A stretch of DNA of 64,000 bases from IMG/VR virus record IMGVR_UViG_3300036860_000514, positions 1 to 64,000 of that record; one strand, given 5' to 3'. The notes under the pieces are model-generated. The model ran no database searches. It was not told the DNA's origin and saw nothing but the letters and a program-made list of their open reading frames with translations. Source of the stretch: a virus. The position numbers were made by a program, and so were the translations under genes. Shown here piece by piece: positions 38,998 to 48,547 of the stretch; position 1 is the stretch's first letter, and each line of letters starts with the position of its first letter.

Positions 38998-39033
38998 AAG
39001 GGCTTGACAGTCAGGTCACAGAGCGGGGAGACT
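38998..39033 (+). promoter_or_regulatory. Putative late promoter 1 with overlapping operator
   Basis: AAGGGCTTGACA, -10-like GAGACT at 18-nt spacing, ATG 7 nt later (possibly leaderless). Confidence 0.55.
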
Positions 39034-39040
39034 CCCGAGT

Positions 39041-39379
39041 ATGCGGATCCCCCGACTCGTCGCGGTGGGATTGCTCGCCCGCCGCCTGACGCGGACGCTG
39101 GAGGCCATCGATCGGCACCTGGTCGACCAGAACGTGCTCCTCACACGCCTCGTCGATCACCTCGCCCCGGTCCCCCCGCCTGGTGAGGATGTCCGCACCG
39201 CGAGCGCGATCGATTACCTGAACCAGACGGAAGCCGGATTGGTGCTCAGCTACATCGAACGCACCGTGCACGAGCTCGGCCGCCAACCGACTGAAGACGA
39301 GATCCTCGCGTATCTCGCCGATGAGGCGACCACCGATCTGCAGGCGCGACTCGCCGGCGCTGATCCGAGGGCCGTCTGA
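39041..39379 (+). CDS. hypothetical protein
   Basis: First rightward gene; TGATG coupling to the next gene. Confidence 0.6.
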   Translation: MRIPRLVAVGLLARRLTRTLEAIDRHLVDQNVLLTRLVDHLAPVPPPGEDVRTASAIDYLNQTEAGLVLSYIERTVHELGRQPTEDEILAYLADEATTDLQARLAGADPRAV

Positions 39380-40131
39380 TGCCACGCACCAAACGCCCGG
39401 CCCTGCTCCCACCGGCCTCGCTCGTCTCCGAGGACGAGGCCTTGGCGGTCGATGTCGCCGCCGACGCGATTCACGGCTTCGAGAAGGCGCTGGGCGGCCG
39501 CCGGGCCTTTATCGAGGCGCTCGCCATCGACGGCAGCCCGGCGATTCGCGTCCTGCTCTCGCTGCTCCTCGACAGTCACTACGATCGCTACAGCCTCGGC
39601 CAGCTCGCCGTCCACGCGAAGATCGGCCTCACCGACCTGCTGCGCGCCTACCGGAACAACCGCCTGGCCCGGGCGCAGATTCTCGCGGTCGATCGCATCG
39701 CGGCACGCCTGCCCGCCGTGGTGGAGGACGTGATGCGCCGCGCGATGCCGCACGAAGGGCAATGCTCGATCTGTCGGGGCACGGGGAAGGTGCTGCCGGA
39801 GCCGACCAAGCGCCGGCCCGACCCGACCCCGGTCAAATGTGGGGTCTGCAACGGCAAGGGGACGCGGATGATCCTGCCCGATCTCGAGCGTCAGAAGCTC
39901 GCCCTCGAGATCGGCGAACTCCTGCGTGTACCGAAGAATGGCCCGACCGTCCTCCAGCAGTTCAACTTTCCCGGCGGCGGCTCGGGGCCCGTGCCCGGCA
40001 GCAGTCTCGTGCCGGGCGCGCTCGAGCAGATGCAACAGGCCGTCGCCCGGGTGCTCTACGATCCGCGGCGCCCGATCGAATTGCCCCCCATCGAGGCCGA
40101 GGCGGTCCCCGAGGGCGAGAGATCCCCATGA
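39379..40131 (+). CDS. Putative terminase small subunit with DnaJ-type zinc finger
   Basis: Position upstream of terL; helical; CSICRGTG and CGVCNGKG motifs. Confidence 0.5.
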   Translation: MPRTKRPALLPPASLVSEDEALAVDVAADAIHGFEKALGGRRAFIEALAIDGSPAIRVLLSLLLDSHYDRYSLGQLAVHAKIGLTDLLRAYRNNRLARAQILAVDRIAARLPAVVEDVMRRAMPHEGQCSICRGTGKVLPEPTKRRPDPTPVKCGVCNGKGTRMILPDLERQKLALEIGELLRVPKNGPTVLQQFNFPGGGSGPVPGSSLVPGALEQMQQAVARVLYDPRRPIELPPIEAEAVPEGERSP

Positions 40132-40403
40132 GCGACACCCTCGTGCTCGCCTCGCTAGCGCTGGTGCTCCCAGCGCTCACGCTCCTGGTCGTCTACCACG
40201 CCATCACGCGGAGCAGTCGGGCGATCACCCTGGAGATGTCGAACATCCTCGGCAAGCTCGAGCTCTCGATCAACGGCAAGGTCGACAAAGTCATGGAAGC
40301 CATGGGGGACGTCCGGGAAGTGAAGGGCAAGGTCGAGGGGCTGATCGAAGGCCAGAAGACGATCCAGGTCGTCGACCGCCGCAAAGAGAATGAGCCTCAT
40401 TAA
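40128..40403 (+). CDS. Membrane-anchored coiled-coil protein (lysis-associated)
   Basis: N-terminal hydrophobic helix; precedes the endolysin candidate. Confidence 0.5.
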   Translation: MSDTLVLASLALVLPALTLLVVYHAITRSSRAITLEMSNILGKLELSINGKVDKVMEAMGDVREVKGKVEGLIEGQKTIQVVDRRKENEPH

Positions 40404-40899
40404 CGAACGGCTCTGGTACTTGCAGGATTCCGTCCTCCCCGGTGCCCTCGCCTTGCTGCCGCAGCGGATGGATTCGGTCGAGGCGCGGGCGGAACTGCTG
40501 ACCATTGCGCTGCACGAGAGCGGACTCACCGCGCGCCTGCAGACACCGAAGGACGTCGCCCATGGGTTCTGGCAGTTCGAACAAGGGGGTGGCGTGACCG
40601 AGGTCCTCACTTCCCCCATCACCCGTCCGCTGCTTCTGCCGATTTGCGATCTGCTGCTTATCGACTTGACCCCCGGCGCCTGTTGGCGGGCCATCGTCTA
40701 CCAGGATGTGCTCGCCTGCGTCTTTGCTCGGCTCTTGCTCTGGCTCGTCCCCTCTGCGCTCCCGCTCCGCACCGAACCGGGCAAGGGGTACCGGCAGTAC
40801 CTCTCGGCCTGGAAACCGAACGCACACGCCGCCTCGGCGCACGCGAAGGACTGGCCGGCGCACTTCGCGCGAGCGTGGGCCGTCGCGGCTGGAGACTGA
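40390..40899 (+). CDS. Putative lysozyme-fold endolysin
   Basis: TIALHES catalytic Glu pattern, A.GFWQFE.GGG, Y...WKP. Confidence 0.7.
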   Translation: MSLINERLWYLQDSVLPGALALLPQRMDSVEARAELLTIALHESGLTARLQTPKDVAHGFWQFEQGGGVTEVLTSPITRPLLLPICDLLLIDLTPGACWRAIVYQDVLACVFARLLLWLVPSALPLRTEPGKGYRQYLSAWKPNAHAASAHAKDWPAHFARAWAVAAGD

Positions 40900-40905
40900 C
40901 CGATC

Positions 40906-41115
40906 ATGGCTGATGATTTCGTGCAGCGCGCCCTCGGCGCCATCGTCCGGCACGGGCTCACGGTGCTCGCCGGCTATCTCGTCGCCAACGGTATCTGGAC
41001 CGAAGACGTAGCGACCAACTTCGCCGGCGCCGCAGCCGTCGCTATCGTCGCGCTCGGCTGGTCCCTCTACAAGAAGGCCACGACGCGCGAGCTGCCAGTC
41101 CCGAAGAAACTCTGA
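40906..41115 (+). CDS. Putative holin
   Basis: VRH.LT..AG.LV..G pattern, two hydrophobic segments, basic C-terminus. Confidence 0.7.
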   Translation: MADDFVQRALGAIVRHGLTVLAGYLVANGIWTEDVATNFAGAAAVAIVALGWSLYKKATTRELPVPKKL

Positions 41116-41121
41116 GCCCCC

Positions 41122-43401
41122 GTGTACCATCCGCTCGTCATCGCGGCGAAGGAACGCGCGCTGCTCACCGAGGCGCGCTTGGCGGGCCTCTTTCCCGCCG
41201 GCACGATTCCCCGCTACGACGTCGACACCTCTGCGGAGTTCACGGCGCGGGTGATGCAGATCCGCGACGAGACCGGGGTCTTCAGCCGTCCCTTCACGGA
41301 CGAGGAGGAGCTCTTCCTCGCCGCCACGCGCCTGCGCATCACGATCGACTTCCCGTACTTTGCCGAGCGCTTCGTCTGGATTGACCAGGAAGGCCATGGC
41401 CTGCGCCCTTTATATCCTCTGTGGGAGAGTCAGCGCTGCTTCCTCGACAAGGTCGCCGCGATGGAGCTCGCCATCTACCGGGCGGGGGCGCCCGACGGCA
41501 TCCTGATCAACGAACTCAAAGCGCGCCAGCTCGGGATCTCGACGATCTCCGAGGCGATGGTGGCGCACCGGGTGCTCACCCGCCCGCACGTGCGCGCGCT
41601 CTGCGGCGCCGACGTCGAAGATCAAGCCAAGTACCTCTGGGACATGGTCGAGCGGATCTACGACAACCTGCCCTGGTTCCTCAAACCCGATCGCCTGACC
41701 CGGGTCAAAGGGCGCGAACTGAGCTTTTCGAACGCCTCGATGCTGCGCTCGGCCTGGGGCAAATCCACCCGCGGCGAACTCCAGGAAGTGACCGGGCGCC
41801 AGAAGGGCCACATCGGCCGCGGCAAGACCTTCTCGGTCGTCCACATCTCGGAGCTCTCGACCTGGGACAACCCGCAACAGCTCGACGGCTCGCTGCTGCA
41901 GACGATCCCGATGGATCCGGACACCCTGGTGATCCTGGAGTCGACCGCCAAAGGCGCCGGCAACTGGTGGCACAACCACTGGCTGACGACGGAAGAGGGC
42001 CACGGGCGCTATCAGAATCACTTCGTCCCATGGGGCGCCGAGCCGAGCAAGTACACGCAGCCCGCGCCAGGCGACTGGATGCCCTCGGAGACGACGCTGC
42101 AGGAAGCGACCAAAGCCGAGCGCATCTGGCCTAAATATTTGGGGCATCCCGTCTATCTCACCCGCGATCAGTTGTACTTCTATGAAAGAACCAGGGAGTA
42201 CTTCGTCCGCAAGAACAACCTTGCGGAATTTTTGGAAGAGTACGCGAGCGACCCCGAAGCCTGCTTCCTCTATTCCGGCCGCTCGGTCTGGTCGCTGGAA
42301 CAACTCGAGCTCCTCGACCGCCTGGCGCGCCCACTCCTCGATGTGTGGGAAGTCAAGCCGGCTCGCGATGTCGCCGAGCTGAAGCGCCAGGAGCTCGCCG
42401 ATCCGACCTCGGTGCACTACGATCTGCGCTCGCCGTCGCCGCCGCTGGCCCCGCGCGCGCCACAGGCTCGCACCGGCGAAGACGTGCTCATGCCGGCCGG
42501 CTACGGCTTCCGCCGGCTCTCGAAAGCGGAGCTCCAGGCCCTGCCGAACCTCCGCGGGGGCGTGCTGGCGATTTGGGAGTACCCGCGCAAGCGGGGCCCG
42601 CGCCGCTACATCCTCGCGGGAGACGTCGGCGATGGGCTCGGAGGCGATTACTCGGTGGGGACGGTGGTGCGCCTCGGGACGATCGAAGAGCCGGCCGAGG
42701 AGGTCGCGCAGTTCGTCAGTAACGAGCTCACGCCCACACAGTTCGCCTTCACCTTGGATGCGATCGGGCACCTCTACACGGATGAGGATGGGATCGAAGC
42801 CTGTGCCGCGATCGAGTGCAACAACCACGGCCTCTCGACCCAGGACACGCTCCAGCTTCACCTCGGCTACACCCACTTCTACGTGTGGGAGTACGCGGAC
42901 TCGGCCTCTCCCGAACGTCGCTTCTCGACTCGCATCGGCTGGCTGACGACCGAACGGACGAGACCCATCCTGCTCGACAAGTTCTACGAGGCGACCACGA
43001 CCCTCGACCCCGTCACGGGCCTCCCCGACTTCCGCCTCAACTCGCCGATCACGAGGAGTGAACTACGTCACTTCCTGGTTCCTGACGAGCTCGGCGCGAC
43101 GCTCGGCGATGCCCGCGCCGTCTCGGGGCAACACGATGATGCGATTCTCGCGGGAGCAATCGGCTATTATGTCGCCTATCGGCACGCGGGCGGAGAAACG
43201 GAGCCGATCGCCGAACGTCGCCGGCGGCGGGAGGCCCTCAGAGCCCTGCAAGCCGCGCGCTCGAGTGAGCGTCCGGACTGGCGGAACACGGCGACGACGG
43301 CGGAGGAAACCCAGCATGCCCTCGACACCGACCTCGACGAACGCGACGACCCCGTCGGCCTCCACTTCGACCCCCGAGGGAGCATCGATTTCGATACCTA
43401 A
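41122..43401 (+). CDS. terL: Terminase large subunit
   Basis: LKARQLGIST, VHISE, ILESTA, nuclease motifs GDVGDG.GGDYS, IECN, HDD. Confidence 0.93.
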   Translation: MYHPLVIAAKERALLTEARLAGLFPAGTIPRYDVDTSAEFTARVMQIRDETGVFSRPFTDEEELFLAATRLRITIDFPYFAERFVWIDQEGHGLRPLYPLWESQRCFLDKVAAMELAIYRAGAPDGILINELKARQLGISTISEAMVAHRVLTRPHVRALCGADVEDQAKYLWDMVERIYDNLPWFLKPDRLTRVKGRELSFSNASMLRSAWGKSTRGELQEVTGRQKGHIGRGKTFSVVHISELSTWDNPQQLDGSLLQTIPMDPDTLVILESTAKGAGNWWHNHWLTTEEGHGRYQNHFVPWGAEPSKYTQPAPGDWMPSETTLQEATKAERIWPKYLGHPVYLTRDQLYFYERTREYFVRKNNLAEFLEEYASDPEACFLYSGRSVWSLEQLELLDRLARPLLDVWEVKPARDVAELKRQELADPTSVHYDLRSPSPPLAPRAPQARTGEDVLMPAGYGFRRLSKAELQALPNLRGGVLAIWEYPRKRGPRRYILAGDVGDGLGGDYSVGTVVRLGTIEEPAEEVAQFVSNELTPTQFAFTLDAIGHLYTDEDGIEACAAIECNNHGLSTQDTLQLHLGYTHFYVWEYADSASPERRFSTRIGWLTTERTRPILLDKFYEATTTLDPVTGLPDFRLNSPITRSELRHFLVPDELGATLGDARAVSGQHDDAILAGAIGYYVAYRHAGGETEPIAERRRRREALRALQAARSSERPDWRNTATTAEETQHALDTDLDERDDPVGLHFDPRGSIDFDT

Positions 43402-43849
43402 GAAACTGCGCGTCCGCCGGCTCGGGGCGATCCTGACCGCAGTCGAAGCCCAGAAGAAAGAGACGATCACGCTCGCCTCCGGAGACGCCCGCGAGGTGCG
43501 CAAGGGCGATTGGATCATCCACCAGGGCGAGACGGTGCTCGCCGCCCTGACGACCGACGAGCTCCTGAACCAGTACGATCTCGTGCAAGAGCACAGTCTG
43601 CTCCTCGACCGGCCGACCTGTGAGGCGGTTGAACAGCGGATCGGCCTCGGCTCCACGCGCACGTCGGCCGACTTGCTGCGCGCACTCGACCGGCTGGCCT
43701 CGCTGCGGATCGGCGAGGTCCGGATCGACTTCACCCCGGGCCAACTCGAGGAGCTGGTGCACCGCGCGGACAAACGCGGCATCACGCTCGCCCAGGAAAT
43801 TGCCCGCGTGGTCGATCGAATCAAAGAGGAACTCTTCTACCGGAGCTGA
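43316..43849 (+). CDS. hypothetical protein
   Basis: GGAGGA RBS; N-terminus overlaps the end of terL. Confidence 0.55.
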   Translation: MPSTPTSTNATTPSASTSTPEGASISIPKKLRVRRLGAILTAVEAQKKETITLASGDAREVRKGDWIIHQGETVLAALTTDELLNQYDLVQEHSLLLDRPTCEAVEQRIGLGSTRTSADLLRALDRLASLRIGEVRIDFTPGQLEELVHRADKRGITLAQEIARVVDRIKEELFYRS

Positions 43850-43852
43850 GGC

Positions 43853-44234
43853 ATGCGCCTACTGCTGGTCCTGCTCTTCGTCCTCGGATCGGGGCCGACC
43901 GAACCCACATACGTCTACCAGGCGAAGACGCTGCGCGTGCTCGACGGGGATACCTACGAATTTCTGATTGATCTCGGGTTTCAGACCTCCACCACGCAAG
44001 AAATTCGCCTCTATCACTGGGATTGTCCCGAGCTCCCCACGCCCGAGGGCAAAGCCGCCGCGGCGAAGGCCGAGAGCCTCCTGAAGGATCAGACGGTTCT
44101 CGTCGAACTGATTCTCGGCCCGCGCAGTCATCAAACCCATCCGATCGTTCATTCGCTGGGTCGCGAAGGTCTGGATCGCTGGGAAGGATCTCGGCGAACT
44201 CCTCGCGCCGGCCTGTGCCTATGCCGCTCCATGA
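43853..44234 (+). pseudogene. Thermonuclease (SNase)-family protein with hydrophobic leader, interrupted by a +1 frameshift
   Basis: RVLDGDT..LIDLGF...IRL...DCPE. The expected C-terminus RSFIRWVAKVWIAGKDLGELL is in the +1 frame after about 44125-44140. Confidence 0.7.
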
Positions 44235-44739
44235 TTACGTACACTGCATGACCGTGGTGGTCGATCAGTACCGATCGGTCGAGGAAGGCGCGATCGCCAA
44301 CCCGCCGCGCTGCCCGGAGTGCGGGCAGCCGATGGATTTCATCTATGCCACGACGGCGATGGATGTGGGCGGGGTGAAGGGCGCCGGCTTCAAAGCCTTC
44401 GATACCTTCGACGGCCGGGGCCGTCCGGTCCGCATCGAGAACCTCCGCGCTCTGCGCAAGCTCGAGAAGGAGAGCGAACAGCAATACCGCGATGGTGCGG
44501 GCCAGCCCCTCACCTTCCGGATGTGGTCCCAGGGCGACTCGAATCGGGACGCGCGGGCCGATCACCGCGACTGGTCAGGTGGGGAACAGCCCACCCCCGC
44601 GGCCGCGCACACCTTTGGGGCCTCCCTGCAGCGATCGATCGAGGAACCCGATCAGGGCTTCGGACCTGGGGTGCACGAGGGCAACGCGAGCGCCCTCGGG
44701 ATGGGCGCGGACTTCACCACCGAGGACCTTGCTGAATGA
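44221..44739 (+). CDS. hypothetical protein with FmdB-like zinc-ribbon start
   Basis: MPLHDY...CPECG..M. Confidence 0.6.
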   Translation: MPLHDYVHCMTVVVDQYRSVEEGAIANPPRCPECGQPMDFIYATTAMDVGGVKGAGFKAFDTFDGRGRPVRIENLRALRKLEKESEQQYRDGAGQPLTFRMWSQGDSNRDARADHRDWSGGEQPTPAAAHTFGASLQRSIEEPDQGFGPGVHEGNASALGMGADFTTEDLAE

Positions 44740-45021
44740 ATCCCGTTGATCTCTCCGCGCTCGCGCAGGATCCCGAACCGATCTTTGTTGAGATCGCGAA
44801 GGATCAACCCGAGTACCGGACATTGCCGGCGCTGGTGTACCGCGATGGAAAGGTCCTCACTGAGTGGACGTTGACAGAGGAGGAGCGCCGACGGCCTGAT
44901 TCGTGGCGAGCGGATTCGCCTCTGGGTCTGGGTCTTCCCGACACGATGTCTAGCGTGTGGCCTGATCGCGCCGGGGAGACTGCAACCCGTCGCAATCGAG
45001 GTGACACCTGAAGATGGCTGA
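44736..45021 (+). pseudogene. hypothetical phage protein with apparent +1 frameshift
   Basis: AKDQPEY..LPA...W.LTEEER continues plausibly as LIRGERIRLWVW...LQPV only in the +1 frame after about 44890. Confidence 0.5.
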
Positions 45022-47164
45022 TTTCTCAAGCTCCGGCATCCTCGATCTGCCGGCGACCTCCGCCGAGGCCCTGCAGCGGGGCGATCCGCGCGTCCTCGGC
45101 TGGATCAAGGAAGCGATCCAGGAAGGCGATCTGATCAACAGATCCGATCCCTCCTACGACACGATCGGCCGCGCGCAAGCGTACATCGTCGGCGAACAAC
45201 TCTCGCCTGAGCATCGACGACTCAAGTACCTCCCGCAGGTGATCGTCAACGAATCGCGCAAGGCGATGCAGGCGCATGTCTCGGCGTTGACCGACCTGAA
45301 ACCTCTTGCCGGCTGGAAGAGCAGTCCCGAGTATCAGGTCCAAGCGGATCTCCTCAACAAGTACCTGCTCTACGAGTGGGTCAGCTTTTTCTTCGACATC
45401 GAGCTCGGCGAAGGGATCAAGTACGCGCTGGCCGGCGGCACGGGCGATCTCGTCGTCGAGTGGGATCCGCACATCCCACTCGGCGGGGGCAATACACTCT
45501 CCGCGCGAGACCCGCGCGACACGCTGCCGATCCGCCCGTCCAAGCACCGATCGCCCCAACTCTGGGAAGGCGTGATCCTCCGCGAAGGGCACACGGTCAA
45601 CGTGCTGCGCGCGATGTACCCCACCAAGCAGTACCTCTTCAAACCGTCGACCGAATCCGCGCTCGGCACCGTCATGGGGCGCTTCCGCACGCTCCTCTCT
45701 CGGCTGCTCACGCCGGCCGACCCCCTCGATCTGATCGGACAACGCGCCCCGCATTCCCGCGCGCTCCAGCCGGGCGGGATCGTGCTCTACCGTGTCTATC
45801 TGAAAGATCGCACGCGCAATCTCACGAGCGCGCCGATTCCGATGGGCACTCCCGGCTCGGCGTGGAGCTATGTCGTCGGGCCAAATCAGCCACTCTATCC
45901 GCGCGGCCGCCTGATCGTGGCGACCGATGACGCGATTATCTGGGATGGCGGGCAAACCTACTGGCATGGGATGTTCCCGATCGCGCGGCTGATGCTCTGG
46001 TCGCTGCCGTGGCAGTTCCTCGGGATTCCGCTCTTTAACGATCTCCTGCCGGTGCAGGATGCGATCAACGACACGGTGCACGATATCCGCCTGGGGATCC
46101 GGCAGTGGATGGATCCCGACATCGTGTACAACCGCAATGCCGTCTCCGAGACGACCATGCGCCTGCTCGACCCGCGCCGGCCAGGCAAGCGCATCAAAGT
46201 GCAGCCCGGCTTCGGCGAGCCCTACGAACGCAAGGAAGGCCCGAACCCGCAGGTACTCTCGCTCGCCCTCGAGCTCTGGCAGCAGCTCACCCAGAAATTC
46301 ACGGACCTGTCCGGGACCGCGAATCTCTCGGCGCTCCTCCAACTACGCCAGCTTCCGTCGGCCGACACGATCCAGAAGTATTACGAAGCCCTCACGCCGG
46401 AGATCCGCTTCGAGGCCCGCATGATCGAGGCCTTCCTGCGCGACCTCTCGGAGATGATCAAGGTCAACTATTTCCAGTTCCTCAGCAGCGCCAAACGTGT
46501 CCAGATCCTCGGGGTCGGCGGGACCATGCTGAGCGACTTCGACTATGACCCGGGCAAGCTGGTGCCCGCTCTCAAATCCGGGGATCCCGGCTACACGCCC
46601 GAGCTCGACGCTGACCTGACGACCGCGGATCAACGCGCGCAGTTCTTCCATAAGCAGTTCGTGTTCGTCGTCGCGCCCAACAGTGTCCTCGCCATCAACG
46701 CCACGGAAACCAAGATGGTCCGCCTGCAGTTGTCCCGGCAGGGCTATTACGATTTCTGGTCGCTGCACGAGACCTTGGAAACGCCGAACGTGGGGGCGCC
46801 GCCCGCGATTCCGCTGCCTCCGCTCGAGTCGCCGCCGCCCACGGTCCTGATGGGGCTGATCGGCCAGGCGACGCAGATGGCCGGCCAGATGGCGCAGGCA
46901 GGCGGCGCCGGCATGATGCAGCCCATGGCGCCTCCGCAGTTCACCGATCCCCAGACCGGCCGCACCTTCACCCTTGACCCCGGCTCCGGCCAGCTCCTCG
47001 AGATCCGCATTCCCACGACGGTGACCGAGCGTCTCATGGCGCAAGCCCTCGTCGGGATCGGCCAGACCGTCTCTCCGGTCGGCCGCAAAGCGACTGGACA
47101 GGAAGCACCCCAACAGGAAACGAAGAGCGACGGGCGAACCACGATCACCGAATCCGCACACTAA
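45014..47164 (+). CDS. Portal protein
   Basis: 716 aa between terL and scaffold/capsid; helical; Q..IN and G..I.V patterns; Gln/Met/Pro-rich tail as in P22-like portals. Confidence 0.8.
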   Translation: MADFSSSGILDLPATSAEALQRGDPRVLGWIKEAIQEGDLINRSDPSYDTIGRAQAYIVGEQLSPEHRRLKYLPQVIVNESRKAMQAHVSALTDLKPLAGWKSSPEYQVQADLLNKYLLYEWVSFFFDIELGEGIKYALAGGTGDLVVEWDPHIPLGGGNTLSARDPRDTLPIRPSKHRSPQLWEGVILREGHTVNVLRAMYPTKQYLFKPSTESALGTVMGRFRTLLSRLLTPADPLDLIGQRAPHSRALQPGGIVLYRVYLKDRTRNLTSAPIPMGTPGSAWSYVVGPNQPLYPRGRLIVATDDAIIWDGGQTYWHGMFPIARLMLWSLPWQFLGIPLFNDLLPVQDAINDTVHDIRLGIRQWMDPDIVYNRNAVSETTMRLLDPRRPGKRIKVQPGFGEPYERKEGPNPQVLSLALELWQQLTQKFTDLSGTANLSALLQLRQLPSADTIQKYYEALTPEIRFEARMIEAFLRDLSEMIKVNYFQFLSSAKRVQILGVGGTMLSDFDYDPGKLVPALKSGDPGYTPELDADLTTADQRAQFFHKQFVFVVAPNSVLAINATETKMVRLQLSRQGYYDFWSLHETLETPNVGAPPAIPLPPLESPPPTVLMGLIGQATQMAGQMAQAGGAGMMQPMAPPQFTDPQTGRTFTLDPGSGQLLEIRIPTTVTERLMAQALVGIGQTVSPVGRKATGQEAPQQETKSDGRTTITESAH

Positions 47165-47226
47165 GGGCTTGACAACACCCCGGTGAGTGTCCGACGCTGT
47201 CCCGTGAGTGACCTGACAGTCAGGTC
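47163..47226 (+). promoter_or_regulatory. Putative late promoter 2 and palindromic operator
   Basis: AAGGGCTTGACA-17 nt-GACGCT; perfect inverted repeat GACCTGAC-A-GTCAGGTC at 47210-47226. Confidence 0.6.
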
Positions 47227-47258
47227 CAGTACTGATGTGCAGTCCTGTCACCTCATCG

Positions 47259-47435
47259 ATGAAGACGCAGGCTGATCGCGACTATCAGGCAGAGAGTGAT
47301 CACCGCACGATGACGCAGGCGGCAGAGATCACCGCGGACCGGAAACGCCTGGCCGGCGTCCGCCGTCATCACGGCAAGGAACAGAAGAAACTCGCCCTGG
47401 TCCAGCGATCGGTTCTGCAGGCCGGGAGACGCTGA
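47259..47435 (+). CDS. small basic protein
   Basis: TGATG-coupled to the next gene; ends AGRR. Confidence 0.6.
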   Translation: MKTQADRDYQAESDHRTMTQAAEITADRKRLAGVRRHHGKEQKKLALVQRSVLQAGRR

Positions 47436-47683
47436 TGGCCAATGGGAAGGACGCAAGATCCGACGAGAAGCCGGTCGGCCAATACGATCCGAACCGTGCT
47501 CGTCGTGTGATGGCGACCGCCACTCCCGAGTACTTCGCCGGACGCATCCGGCGCAAGCTCTCCGACGCCGGCGAGAGTGCGATGGCGGCCGGTCGGAGTT
47601 TCCGCCGGAGTTTCAGCTCGGATAACCCCGGCGTGCAGAGCATCGCCCGCACGCTGCTCGGCAGTGGAGGCCGTCGACGCTGA
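47435..47683 (+). CDS. small basic protein
   Basis: TGATG-coupled; ends GGRRR. Confidence 0.55.
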   Translation: MANGKDARSDEKPVGQYDPNRARRVMATATPEYFAGRIRRKLSDAGESAMAAGRSFRRSFSSDNPGVQSIARTLLGSGGRRR

Positions 47684-47868
47684 TGGCCGAGAAGAAATGG
47701 ATCGCCGGCGCCATCAAACACCCGGGGGCCCTGCATAAACAACTCGGGGTCCCCGAGGGAAAGACGATCCCCGCGAAGACGCTCTCGAAGGCGGCGCAGT
47801 CGGGCGGTACGCTCGGGCGCCGCGCGCGCCTCGCCCAGACGCTCAAAGGCTTTCATCGAGGACGCTGA
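47683..47868 (+). CDS. small basic phage protein
   Basis: KWI..AIK.PGAL...LG...RARLA.TL pattern, which I recall from other phages. Confidence 0.7.
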   Translation: MAEKKWIAGAIKHPGALHKQLGVPEGKTIPAKTLSKAAQSGGTLGRRARLAQTLKGFHRGR

Positions 47869-48056
47869 TGGCTGCCAGTCCTGGCAAGGTCGGCACCGTG
47901 ATGCACGAGTTCAAGCACGGCACCCTCCGATCGGGGTCTGATCGGGGCCCGCGCGTGACCTCGCGCAAACAAGCCATCGCGATCGGGTTGAGTGAAGCGC
48001 GGAAGGCGGGCGAGAAGGTGCCGAGCAAGCCGCGATCGCTGGGAGGACGACGCTAG
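47868..48056 (+). CDS. DUF6496-like small basic protein
   Basis: KV..VMHEFK.G.L.SG...VTSRKQAIAIGLSEAR..G. Confidence 0.75.
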   Translation: MAASPGKVGTVMHEFKHGTLRSGSDRGPRVTSRKQAIAIGLSEARKAGEKVPSKPRSLGGRR

Positions 48057-48328
48057 TGGCCAATATCACGAGCGCGAAGACGGGGGCGGAGGGGGGCGAG
48101 TCGCTGCGTGCGGCGATCCCGAAGGCTGCCAGGGCCCTCACCAAGGCGGCTAATCAGGATGAGATCGTTCGACGCGTCCGTGACAAGACGATGCGGAGCC
48201 TGCAGCCGGGCGACATTGAACTGGAGAGTGGGGAGACCGTGACGCGTCCGATGACGCACGTGCGCGGGCTCTCGGTCCGTCGGCAGCTCGCCGGCCGGCG
48301 CTCTCACGGCAGGGGCGGGAGCTGGTGA
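48056..48328 (+). CDS. small basic protein
   Basis: GTG start; shares MRSLQ.GDIEL with the next gene. Confidence 0.55.
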   Translation: MANITSAKTGAEGGESLRAAIPKAARALTKAANQDEIVRRVRDKTMRSLQPGDIELESGETVTRPMTHVRGLSVRRQLAGRRSHGRGGSW

Positions 48329-48547
48329 ATGGAGCATCTTTCCGACCTCTGGGATCGAATCCAGGCTCAGCGTCGCGATCGGCAGATGCGTAGTCTGCAG
48401 AAAGGCGACATCGAGCTCCCGAACAAGGGCCCGATCGATCCACGCCTGCGCACGCCTGAGAAGCCCGATGTCTCCAAGGCCCTCTCGCGAGCGGTCGAAG
48501 GCGTCGGGATCCTGCGGAAGAAAGGCCTACTCGGAGGCAAGCGATGA
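48329..48547 (+). CDS. small basic protein
   Basis: MRSLQKGDIEL; ends GGKR. Confidence 0.55.
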   Translation: MEHLSDLWDRIQAQRRDRQMRSLQKGDIELPNKGPIDPRLRTPEKPDVSKALSRAVEGVGILRKKGLLGGKR

